From the NCBI GenBank assembly GCA_949289155.1, contig CASEMX010000013.1, positions 39,065-103,064 on the forward strand: a stretch of DNA of 64,000 nucleotides, given 5' to 3'. The position numbers and the translations under genes were made by a program. Below are positions 28,552 to 37,715 of this stretch, piece after piece (position 1 is the first letter of the stretch; each line of letters opens with the position of its first letter). The DNA comes from an uncultured Parabacteroides sp. (GTDB lineage: Bacteria > Bacteroidota > Bacteroidia > Bacteroidales > Tannerellaceae). The notes under the pieces are model-generated. The model saw only the letters and a list, made by a program, of their open reading frames with translations, was not told the origin of the DNA and made no database searches.

Positions 28552-29409
28552 ATGAGAAAATTGCTCGATTTCCTGTTAGGGAAAAAGCATTGGTTCTTAT
28601 TTATTCTGTTTGAAGTCCTATCGGTCACTTTAATTTATCGGAATAACTCTTACCAACGGAGTGTTATTCTAAATTCATCAAATGTTGTTTCAGGTTATCT
28701 GCTTTCGCTCTCAGGCAATATCCAATCCTATTTCAATCTGCGCGAAATCAACAAGAACTTGCAAGAACAAAATGGGCAAATGGAATTAAAACTGCTGGAA
28801 CTACAAGAGCAAATAGAATCTATGCAGGCAGACACAGTGACATTTAAAGGAGCAGTAGCCGACTCAACAACCATGCCTTTCCCTTATCGGTTTATCGTAG
28901 CGGATGTCGTAAACAATAGCATTGTTCATTTATCCAATTATATCACTATCAACAAAGGAAAGTACGATGGCATAAAACCGGATATGGGCGTAGTAAGCGA
29001 AACAGGAGTCGTAGGTATTGTTTCAAATGTTTCCGAACATTTCTCAGTGATTATTCCTTTACTGAATCCCAAGTCAAAGATTAGTTGCAAAGTTTTTAGA
29101 AGTAACTATTTCGGATATCTTGCATGGGATGGCAAAGATGCCGCATATGCGACTCTGGAAGAAATTCCCCGCCATTCCGAGTTCCAACAAGGTGATACCA
29201 TCGTGACGAGCGGTTATTCAGCTATATTCCCTCCGGGATTAATTGTTGGCACGATTGAAGGATTCAGTAAAGAGCATGATGACAACTTCTATGCCTTACG
29301 GATTAAATTAGCTACCTCATTTGCTTCGTTACATCATGTACGAGTCATAACGAATTCTTTGCAAAACGAACAGATTAATATAGAAAAGGAAGCCAAAAAG
29401 AATGATTAA
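28552..29409 (+). CDS. mreC: Rod shape-determining protein MreC
   Basis: TM segment, coiled coil, ITINKG..G...MGV, GDTIVTSG; operon position. Confidence 0.93.
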   Translation: MRKLLDFLLGKKHWFLFILFEVLSVTLIYRNNSYQRSVILNSSNVVSGYLLSLSGNIQSYFNLREINKNLQEQNGQMELKLLELQEQIESMQADTVTFKGAVADSTTMPFPYRFIVADVVNNSIVHLSNYITINKGKYDGIKPDMGVVSETGVVGIVSNVSEHFSVIIPLLNPKSKISCKVFRSNYFGYLAWDGKDAAYATLEEIPRHSEFQQGDTIVTSGYSAIFPPGLIVGTIEGFSKEHDDNFYALRIKLATSFASLHHVRVITNSLQNEQINIEKEAKKND

Positions 29410-29917
29410 CAACATACTTCGCACATTCATCTATTTTTTGATATTTGTCCTGCTGCAAGTAATGGTTCTGAACAATATCCATTTCTTACGGGTAGCCACT
29501 CCGTTTTTATATCTGTACTGCCTACTAAAGATGCCGGTCGGTATTTCGCGTAGTACATTATTAATATTCTCCTTCTTTGTCGGATGTACTATTGATATGT
29601 TTTCCAATACTCCGGGGATGCATGCTGCGGCTTGTTCATTAGTCGGATTTACTCGTGAACCGTTAATCCGTTTCCTGCAAGGAGAAGAACTGCCGCCAGA
29701 ACTTTATCCTTCATACCATTCATTTGGGAACGGAGGTTTCATCCGGTATGTTACCCTGTTTGTCCTCATCCATCATGTCGCATTATTCTTTATCGAGGCG
29801 TTGACACTCTTCGATCCTTTATTCTTACTGATACGTATCGGAGCCAGTGTCATTACCACCGTTCTTTTGATTTGCATCGTCGAACTATTCAACTTTGAAT
29901 CCCCCAAGGCCCAGTGA
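29402..29917 (+). CDS. mreD: Rod shape-determining protein MreD
   Basis: Hydrophobic 171 aa between mreC and mrdA. Confidence 0.88.
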   Translation: MINNILRTFIYFLIFVLLQVMVLNNIHFLRVATPFLYLYCLLKMPVGISRSTLLIFSFFVGCTIDMFSNTPGMHAAACSLVGFTREPLIRFLQGEELPPELYPSYHSFGNGGFIRYVTLFVLIHHVALFFIEALTLFDPLFLLIRIGASVITTVLLICIVELFNFESPKAQ

Positions 29918-31776
29918 ATAAGCTCAAATATAAATATGAGAACCGACGGTTCGTGGTTGGAGGGATAGTGATTACATTGATTGCTTTGTTCATTGTCCGA
30001 TTGTTCTATCTGCAAATTATCGACAACGATTATAAACTACGGGCAGAGAGCAATGCTTTCTTAAAGCGGACGATTTATCCTTCGCGTGGCATCCTTTATG
30101 ACCGGAACGACAAACTACTGGTCTATAACCAACCGGCTTACGATGTGATGCTGACCATGCGCGAAGTACAACCCTTCGACACATTGGACTTTTGTTCTAT
30201 CTTAGGGATTACCAAAGAGCAATTCATCAAGCGGATTGCCGATATAAAGAACCGTCGCCTGAATCCGGGATACTCGTCCTATACTCCGCAGGTATTCATG
30301 ACCCAGCTTTCTGCGCAGGAATGCGGTATCTTACAAGAGAAGCTCTATAAGTTCCCTGGCTTTTATGTACAGAACCGCACCATTCGCGAGTATGCTTACC
30401 CTAACGCGGCACTGCTGTTGGGGAACGTAGGGGAAGTCAATAAGAAGGACATAGAGCAAGACGACTACTACGTGGCTGGTGATAACTCGGGGCGCACGGG
30501 TATAGAGCAATCCTATGAGACTTATTTACGCGGAGTGAAAGGCGTGGAAATCCTACTCCGGGATGCGCATGGGCGTATTCAGGGGAGGTACGAGGAGGGG
30601 AAATACGATATCGCGCCCATTTCCGGGAAGAACCTGAAACTCTCTATCGATATTGAGTTGCAATCATACGGCGAGAAGCTGATGCAGAATAAGCTGGGGG
30701 GCATTGTCATGATTGAACCGGAGAGCGGGGAGGTCCTTTGTATGGTTTCGGCTCCGACGTATGACCCAAGCTTGTTGGTAGGGCGTATTCGTGGGAGGAA
30801 TTACAGTAAGCTGCAAAGGGACCCCCTGAAGCCGCTGTTTAACCGCCCCTTGATGGCGCAGTATCCGCCGGGGTCTACCTTTAAGCCTACGCAGGGGCTC
30901 ATCTTCCTGCAGGAGGGGGTGATTACTCCGGATACGAAGTTCACTTGCGCTCATGGATATACGTTCCGCGGAGGGAAGCCTGCATGTCATGGGCATCCCT
31001 CGCCGCTTCCGCTGGTCGGCGCATTGGCTACCTCGTGCAACTCCTTCTTCCCATGGGGGCTCCACTATATGCTGGATGACCGCTCCCGCTATCCTTCCGT
31101 GCAGCAGGCCTTCGACTGCTGGAAGGACTATATGGTATCTATGGGCTATGGGTATAGGCTGGGTATCGACTTACCGGGGGAGAAGAGAGGCTATATTCCC
31201 AATAGCAAGGTATATGACAAGATATACCGCGGACATTGGAACTCCAGCACTATCATCTCTATCGCCATAGGGCAGGGGGAGATATTGGCTACCCCGCTAC
31301 AGATATGCAACCTTGCCGCTACTGTGGCTAACCGGGGATACTATGTCACCCCCCACGTGGTGAAGGAGATTCAGGATACGCCGTTGGATACCTTATATAC
31401 CCGGCGGCATTACACGAAGGTGGATACGCACTATTACGACTATATCGCCGAAGGAATGAGGGGGGCGGTCGTAGGCAGTGCGTGGGGGGCTACCTGCAGG
31501 GGCGCGAACCTGCCCGACATAGAGGTGTGTGGGAAGACAGGGACTGCCGAGAACCCGCATGGCAAGGACCACTCTATCTTCATGGGGTTCGCTCCTTATA
31601 AACAGCCTAAGGTGGCTATCGCTGTATTCGTGGAGAATGCTGGCTTTGGGGCGACATACGCTGTGCCTATCGGACGCCTGATGCTGGAGAAGTACCTCCG
31701 CGGGCATATCCTCCCCGAAAGCCAGCCTATAGAGGATTATATTATCAATGCATCTATCTTACCTAATGGACTATAA
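29914..31776 (+). CDS. mrdA: Penicillin-binding protein 2
   Basis: RGILYDRN, GSTFK (SxxK), SCN (SxN) and KTGT motifs. Confidence 0.95.
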   Translation: MNKLKYKYENRRFVVGGIVITLIALFIVRLFYLQIIDNDYKLRAESNAFLKRTIYPSRGILYDRNDKLLVYNQPAYDVMLTMREVQPFDTLDFCSILGITKEQFIKRIADIKNRRLNPGYSSYTPQVFMTQLSAQECGILQEKLYKFPGFYVQNRTIREYAYPNAALLLGNVGEVNKKDIEQDDYYVAGDNSGRTGIEQSYETYLRGVKGVEILLRDAHGRIQGRYEEGKYDIAPISGKNLKLSIDIELQSYGEKLMQNKLGGIVMIEPESGEVLCMVSAPTYDPSLLVGRIRGRNYSKLQRDPLKPLFNRPLMAQYPPGSTFKPTQGLIFLQEGVITPDTKFTCAHGYTFRGGKPACHGHPSPLPLVGALATSCNSFFPWGLHYMLDDRSRYPSVQQAFDCWKDYMVSMGYGYRLGIDLPGEKRGYIPNSKVYDKIYRGHWNSSTIISIAIGQGEILATPLQICNLAATVANRGYYVTPHVVKEIQDTPLDTLYTRRHYTKVDTHYYDYIAEGMRGAVVGSAWGATCRGANLPDIEVCGKTGTAENPHGKDHSIFMGFAPYKQPKVAIAVFVENAGFGATYAVPIGRLMLEKYLRGHILPESQPIEDYIINASILPNGL

Positions 31777-33214
31777 CACAAGAAATAACTGGACGAAGGT
31801 GGACTGGTTTACGGTGCTGCTCTACCTCGTCATGATAATAGCCGGTTGGCTCACTATTTGCGGGGCGAGCTATGAGTTCGATATCGATAAGCTGTTCGAC
31901 CCTTCGGGGCGTCCGATGAACCAATTGGTATGGATGGGGATATCCACTGCCGTGGCATGTAGTATCCTCATCGTAGAGCGCGATTTCTATGAGGTATTCG
32001 CGTACCTGATATATGGGGCAGTCATTCTGCTGCTGGTGGCTACCATCTTTTTGGCTCCTGACATTAAGGGTTCGCACTCGTGGCTGGTGCTGGGTCCTAT
32101 CCGTCTGCAGCCTGCCGAGTTTGCCAAGTTCGCTACCGCACTTGCGGTCGCTCGTCTGATGGGTACATACGGGTTCATGCCGATGCGCCCCAAGAACTTT
32201 ATGATGATAGTGGGGCTGATAGTCCTGCCGATGCTCTGCATTCTGCTGCAGCAGGAGACCGGTTCGGCGCTGGTCTATTTCGCCTTTTTCCTGATGCTCT
32301 ACCGCGAGGGCATGTCGGGCTACTTCCTGCTGGCTGGCGTATGTGCGGTGGCCTACTTTGTCATTGGGATGAAGTACGCCGAAGTGACGGTACTGGGGTG
32401 CACCAACTTGGGCATCCTGCTGGTCTCCCTTGCTGTATTGGTCATCACCACGGTATTGGTCTATGTGGAACGCAAGAATGTGCTCGCGGTCAAGGTCATC
32501 GCTGCCGTGTCGGGCGGGGTGCTGCTCATCGGCGGGGTGGTTGCCTACTTCTTCCCGTTCGACCTGAATATCGTTGTACTCTCCCTGCTGGGCGCGGTTG
32601 TCCTGTACCTCATAGGGCTGTCTGTCAAGGAGTGGGTATGGCACTATGTCCTGATAGCGGTCTTCACGCTTTGCTCGATGGGGTTCCTCTTCTCGGTCAA
32701 CTATGTGTTCAATGATATACTCGAACCGCACCAGCAGGTACGCATCAAGGTATCCTTAGGGTTAAAGGACGACCCCAGTGGCGCGGGATATAACGTCAAC
32801 CAGTCCAAGATTGCCATAGGGTCCGGGGGCTTTCTGGGGAAAGGGTTCCTCAACGGTACGCAGACGAAGTTGAAGTATGTTCCGGAGCAGGATACCGACT
32901 TTATCTTTTGTACGATTGGGGAGGAAGAGGGCTTCATAGGGTCGGCGGCAGTGCTTATCCTCTTCGGGGTGTTCATCCTTCGGCTGGTACATCTGGCAGA
33001 GAGGCAGGATACGACCTTCGCACGTGTGTACGGGTATTCGGTCGCCTCCATATTCATCTTCCACCTCGCCATCAATATCGGGATGGTACTCGGCATGACG
33101 CCCGTCATCGGCATACCCCTCCCCTTCTTCAGTTATGGTGGTTCCTCCTTGTTGGGCTTTACCATCCTTCTCTTTATCTTCCTGAAGCTGGATGCAGCGC
33201 GACGCGACAGATAG
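31766..33214 (+). CDS. rodA: SEDS protein RodA
   Basis: Likely start MDYN at 31766; QPAEFAK, GYNVNQSKIAIGSGG, TDFIF and PLPFFSYGGSS motifs. Confidence 0.95.
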   Translation: MDYNTRNNWTKVDWFTVLLYLVMIIAGWLTICGASYEFDIDKLFDPSGRPMNQLVWMGISTAVACSILIVERDFYEVFAYLIYGAVILLLVATIFLAPDIKGSHSWLVLGPIRLQPAEFAKFATALAVARLMGTYGFMPMRPKNFMMIVGLIVLPMLCILLQQETGSALVYFAFFLMLYREGMSGYFLLAGVCAVAYFVIGMKYAEVTVLGCTNLGILLVSLAVLVITTVLVYVERKNVLAVKVIAAVSGGVLLIGGVVAYFFPFDLNIVVLSLLGAVVLYLIGLSVKEWVWHYVLIAVFTLCSMGFLFSVNYVFNDILEPHQQVRIKVSLGLKDDPSGAGYNVNQSKIAIGSGGFLGKGFLNGTQTKLKYVPEQDTDFIFCTIGEEEGFIGSAAVLILFGVFILRLVHLAERQDTTFARVYGYSVASIFIFHLAINIGMVLGMTPVIGIPLPFFSYGGSSLLGFTILLFIFLKLDAARRDR

Positions 33215-33232
33215 TCCTGACGCAGCAATATA

Positions 33233-33352
33233 CCCTCCCATATAGGCATGGGCTGACCCTCCCATAGAGGCAGGGGAGACCCCTCCCCTATACCTATGGG
33301 AGACCCCTCCCATGCACCTATGGGAGGATCGCCCCATGCCTGTATGGGAGGG
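33233..33352. repeat. 24-bp tandem array x5 of CTCCCAT..ATGGGAG mini-hairpins; the array as a whole is palindromic
   Basis: CCCTCCC recurs at 33233, 33257, 33281 and 33305; the last unit is close to the reverse complement of the first. Confidence 0.75.
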
Positions 33353-33402
33353 TGGGATGGATTATTATAACATGTAGTGTAGGATATGAGTAATATTATA
33401 TA

Positions 33403-33410
33403 TACCTTTG
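33403..33410 (+). promoter_or_regulatory. -7 promoter element for dcp
   Basis: TACCTTTG 23 nt upstream of the ATG. Confidence 0.65.
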
Positions 33411-33433
33411 CGAGGTAACTATATAAACACATT

Positions 33434-35533
33434 ATGAACAGAGTATTAGTAACAGTATTATTAGTAGTAGGTATGAATAATATGATACAAGCGGAGTCGA
33501 ATCCATTGCTTGGGAAGTGGTCAACCCCTCATGGCACTGTGCCGTTTGACCAAATCAAAGTAGAGCACTATGAACCTGCCTTCAAGGAGGGTATCGCGTC
33601 ATTGAAGCGGGAGGTGGATGCGATTGCCGATAACGGGGATGCGCCCACGTTCGAGAATACCATCGTCGCCTTGGAGCGGAGTGGTCAGTTACTCAGCCGG
33701 GTGAGTGGGGCATTCTTCAATGTATTGAGTGCGGATGCATCGGATGCGATGATGGAGGTCTCCCAGCGGGTGTCTCCTGAACTGACGGAGAGTTCGAACT
33801 ACATCTACCTGAATGATAAGCTCTTTGCCCGCGTGAAAGCGGTGTACGACCAGCGTGCGTCATTGGGCTTGGACAAGGAGGATGCCAAGTTGTTGGAGGA
33901 GACCTACCGTGCCTTTAAGGAGCAGGGGGCGACACTCAGCAAGGAGGATAAGGAGAGATATCGCGAACTGTCTACCGAGATGAGCCTGTTATCCCTACAG
34001 TTCGACCAGAATGCCCTCAAAGACCAGAATCGGTATGAACTGCTCCTGACGGATGAGAAGGAGGTGGCTGGGCTTCCGGAGAGTATCCGTGAGGCAGCAT
34101 CGCAGTTAGCTAAGGAGAGGGGGAAAGAGGGATGGTTGTTCACGCTGGACGCTCCAAGTTATGTCCCCTTCATGCGTTATGCCGATGACCGTACCCTGCG
34201 GGAAAAGTTGTATCGCGCGTATATGAGTATCGGCAATAAGGGGGATGAGTATGATAATAAGGAGATTGTGCGTAAGCTCGTGAATGACCGTCTGGCATTG
34301 GCACAGCTGATGGGGTATAAGGATTACGCGGAAATGGAGCTGTCTCATAAGATGGCAAAGAGTGCAGAGAATGTCTATAACCTGCTGAACCAACTGCTCG
34401 CTGACTACAAGCCGGTAGCAATCAATGAGTACAATGCGGTGCAAGGGTTTGCCATCGGGATGGAACAAGAGAATATAGCCATTCAGCCGTGGGACTGGAG
34501 CTATTACTCTGAGAAGCTCAAGGATATACGTTTCAAGGTAAACGATGAGATGACCCGCCCCTATTTCCAGTTGGACAGTGTAAAGAAAGGGGTGTTTGGG
34601 CTGGCAACTCGTCTCTATGGCATTACCTTTAGGGAGAACGCGGATATTCCTGTGTATAATAAAGAGGTGCAGGCGTATGAGGTATATGACGAGGAGGGGA
34701 AGTTCCTTGCCGTGCTCTATACGGACTTCTTTCCCCGTGAGGGCAAGCAGTCGGGTGCGTGGATGAATGGGATTAAGTCGCAGTACCATGACGAGAAGGG
34801 GAAGGATAGCCGTCCGCATATCATTATCGTGATGAACTTTACCCGCCCGACGGAGACCAAGCCCTCCCTGCTGACATTCGATGAGGTGGAAACGCTGCTG
34901 CACGAGTTCGGCCATGCGCTGCATGGGATATTTGCCGATGGGAAGTATGCGAGCCTGTCGGGTACGAACGTGTATCAGGACTTCGTAGAGTTGCCTTCGC
35001 AGATTATGGAGAACTGGCTGACTGAGAAGGAGTACTTGGACCAGATTGCGGTGCACTACCAGACGGGGGAGCGGATACCCCAAGACTTGGTACAGAAGCT
35101 GATAGATGCGGCTAACTTCAATGCAGGGTATATGTGTTGCCGGCAGGTGAGTTTCGGGCTGTTGGACATGGCATGGCATACGCTTACGCAACCCTTCACC
35201 GGTGATGTGATTGCGTTCGAGAAAGCTGCATGGGAGCCGGCAGTGGTTGTACCGGATGTGCCTGGCACGTGTATGAGCACCAGCTTTGGCCACCTCTTTG
35301 CCGGAGGGTATGCCGCGGGATACTATGGCTACAAGTGGGCGGAAGTACTCGATGCGGATGCCTTTTCTCTATTCAAGGAGCGGGGCATATTCAACAGGGA
35401 AGTGGCTAAGTCGTTCCATGACAACATCCTGAGCAAGGGTGGAACGGAGGACCCTGACGTGTTATACAAACGATTCCGTGGGCAGGAGCCGACTATCGAT
35501 GCCCTGCTGAAGCGAAATGGCATTACTAAGTGA
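33434..35533 (+). CDS. dcp: M3 family peptidase (peptidyl-dipeptidase Dcp)
   Basis: NPLL..W.TP.GTVPFD, GAWM, HEFGHALH, DFVELPSQ and GYYGYKWAE motifs. Confidence 0.9.
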   Translation: MNRVLVTVLLVVGMNNMIQAESNPLLGKWSTPHGTVPFDQIKVEHYEPAFKEGIASLKREVDAIADNGDAPTFENTIVALERSGQLLSRVSGAFFNVLSADASDAMMEVSQRVSPELTESSNYIYLNDKLFARVKAVYDQRASLGLDKEDAKLLEETYRAFKEQGATLSKEDKERYRELSTEMSLLSLQFDQNALKDQNRYELLLTDEKEVAGLPESIREAASQLAKERGKEGWLFTLDAPSYVPFMRYADDRTLREKLYRAYMSIGNKGDEYDNKEIVRKLVNDRLALAQLMGYKDYAEMELSHKMAKSAENVYNLLNQLLADYKPVAINEYNAVQGFAIGMEQENIAIQPWDWSYYSEKLKDIRFKVNDEMTRPYFQLDSVKKGVFGLATRLYGITFRENADIPVYNKEVQAYEVYDEEGKFLAVLYTDFFPREGKQSGAWMNGIKSQYHDEKGKDSRPHIIIVMNFTRPTETKPSLLTFDEVETLLHEFGHALHGIFADGKYASLSGTNVYQDFVELPSQIMENWLTEKEYLDQIAVHYQTGERIPQDLVQKLIDAANFNAGYMCCRQVSFGLLDMAWHTLTQPFTGDVIAFEKAAWEPAVVVPDVPGTCMSTSFGHLFAGGYAAGYYGYKWAEVLDADAFSLFKERGIFNREVAKSFHDNILSKGGTEDPDVLYKRFRGQEPTIDALLKRNGITK

Positions 35534-35546
35534 TAGAAGTGTAAGT

Positions 35547-36674
35547 ATGAAGGGATTGATAAAGCTGGTAGGGGTATTCCTCCTTGGGATAGCTGTTGGG
35601 TGCATAGGCATCTGGCTGGTGATATGGCTCTTTAGCGATAAGAGCATGGCGGAGATAATGGAAAAGGCACAAAGCCGCGATATCCTGACGATATTGCGGG
35701 ATATGGTGGTGAACTTGGTGCTCATATTCATTACGCTGTATATGCAAATCCTGTTGCATGAAGGGGGGCACTGGCTGTTCGGGAGGCTATCCGGTTACCG
35801 GCTTGTATCGTTCCGTATCCTACAATTCACGATTATACGCGAAGGTACGAAGCTGCGTATCAAACGCTTCGACATCGCTGGGACAGGCGGACAATGCCTG
35901 CTCTCCCCACCCGACCGACCGGCAGAGGATGTACCGGTATTCTGGTATAATGCGGGGGGTGTATTGATGAACCTGATGACGGGTGCAGTGGCGTTCGCAC
36001 TGTGGATGCAGTACGGGGGAAATCTATGGCTGTTCCTCGCGCTGTTCGGGCTGTTCTTCGCCCTTGCCAATGGGATACCCATGAAGATAAGTGGGATAGG
36101 CAATGACGGATACAACCAACTGCTCCTGCGACGGAACCCGCAAAGCAGGGTAGCCCTCATTATGGGTCTGCGCATCAATGCCCATATCCAAGCCGGCTCA
36201 CGCCCCAAGGAATTACCCGCAGCATGGTTCATGGACAAAGAGCCAACCGACTATACTGATACACTGCAGGTAGGATATTGGTTCATGACCCTCTCCCGCC
36301 TCCAAGACAACCGCGAATGGGACGCCGCCTATACCCTCCTGACCCGGGCATTAGCCCACCGGCAGGAGATAATCGGCATATACGTAAAGGAGATGGATGC
36401 AGAACTACTCTATACCGCCCTCATCTTAGGAAGAATAGAGGAGGCAACCCGCATCTGCACAGACGAGTTAAAGCAATACCTGCAACAATACAGCAAGTAC
36501 AGCTCAGCCAAGCAGAGACAATTAGCGGGCATAGCCCTATATATAGAAAAGGATAGAAACAAGGCACGAAGCATCTACGAAGAGGTACTCGCCAAACAAC
36601 CGGAATACCTGATGCAAGGCGAAGTAAGGATGGACATCGCCCTCATCCATGATATGCTCCCCACAGGAGCATAA
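35547..36674 (+). CDS. M50-family membrane metallopeptidase with C-terminal helical/TPR-like region
   Basis: TM helices, HEGGH zinc motif, AGGVLMN and NDG motifs. Confidence 0.7.
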   Translation: MKGLIKLVGVFLLGIAVGCIGIWLVIWLFSDKSMAEIMEKAQSRDILTILRDMVVNLVLIFITLYMQILLHEGGHWLFGRLSGYRLVSFRILQFTIIREGTKLRIKRFDIAGTGGQCLLSPPDRPAEDVPVFWYNAGGVLMNLMTGAVAFALWMQYGGNLWLFLALFGLFFALANGIPMKISGIGNDGYNQLLLRRNPQSRVALIMGLRINAHIQAGSRPKELPAAWFMDKEPTDYTDTLQVGYWFMTLSRLQDNREWDAAYTLLTRALAHRQEIIGIYVKEMDAELLYTALILGRIEEATRICTDELKQYLQQYSKYSSAKQRQLAGIALYIEKDRNKARSIYEEVLAKQPEYLMQGEVRMDIALIHDMLPTGA

Positions 36675-36677
36675 AAA

Positions 36678-36709
36678 TATCGGTCACTCCACAAGGGGGA
36701 TGACCGATA
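36678..36709. terminator. Hairpin between convergent genes
   Basis: TATCGGTCA ... TGACCGATA. Confidence 0.65.
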
Positions 36710-36731
36710 CTATCAAATAGTGCAACTACAC

Positions 36732-37706
36732 TCACTTAATATACGCCTCCATGAACTTAGCCTTAGGGGCCGGTGTCAATGTAACCGCTTTCGCTGTAGT
36801 CGGTATCAATACAGTCTGTCCCTGATGAACCGAAATCTCATACCCATTATTATCGCACAGCGTTGCCTTCCCTTCCATGCAAATATACACTACGAACGAA
36901 TCCAAATCAGCAAAGTCGCGCGTCATCTGCGCATCCATATCAATCAGATTCGTTGTGAAATACTTACAATCCGCCAAATTCACCGTGGCATTAGAATGTG
37001 CTTTGTAATGCGTCCGGTAATCCGGATACAACGTATAATCGATAGCATCCTTAGCCAACTCGGTATGCAACTCACGCGTGTTACCATTCTTATCCTTGCG
37101 GTTATAATCATAAATGCGATAAGTAATATTGCTGGTCTGCTGGATTTCAGCAATAAAGCAACCTGCGCCGATAGCATGCACACGGCCTGCCGGGAGGAAG
37201 AATACGTCACCCGCATTCACATCATAGCGTTGCAACACGTCCATAATCGTATTATTCTTCACGCGCTCCACATATTCTTCCGCATTAATCTGCTGAGAGA
37301 AGCCGGAATAGAGCGATGCGCCCTTATCTGCCTTGATTACATACCACATCTCCGTCTTTCCGAAAGAATTGTGCCGCTTTTGTGCCAATTCGTCGTTCGG
37401 ATGCACCTGAATAGAGAGATTATCGCGGGCATCGATGAACTTTATCAACAACGGGAAGCGCGTTCCGAAACGTTCCATTACATGCGCGCCCAATAAATCC
37501 TTACCGTATGCCTTGATTAAGTCATCTAAGGACTTATTTGCCAATTCGCCTTCTGCGACAATCGAATAATCGCCGTCAACATGCGACAATTCCCAACTTT
37601 CTCCTATACCCTCTTGTACCGGAGATATGCCCTTAAACGGACAAATTTCTGAGCCGCCCCAAATAACACTCTTCAGAATCGGCTTAAAAGTCAATGGATA
37701 CAACAT
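36732..37706 (-). CDS. manA: Mannose-6-phosphate isomerase, type I
   Basis: IWGG, GESWE, FPLLIKFIDA..LSIQVHP, KTEMWY, HAIGAG and EIQQTS motifs. Confidence 0.93.
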   Translation of the reverse strand: MLYPLTFKPILKSVIWGGSEICPFKGISPVQEGIGESWELSHVDGDYSIVAEGELANKSLDDLIKAYGKDLLGAHVMERFGTRFPLLIKFIDARDNLSIQVHPNDELAQKRHNSFGKTEMWYVIKADKGASLYSGFSQQINAEEYVERVKNNTIMDVLQRYDVNAGDVFFLPAGRVHAIGAGCFIAEIQQTSNITYRIYDYNRKDKNGNTRELHTELAKDAIDYTLYPDYRTHYKAHSNATVNLADCKYFTTNLIDMDAQMTRDFADLDSFVVYICMEGKATLCDNNGYEISVHQGQTVLIPTTAKAVTLTPAPKAKFMEAYIK

Positions 37707-37715
37707 GGTTATCTA

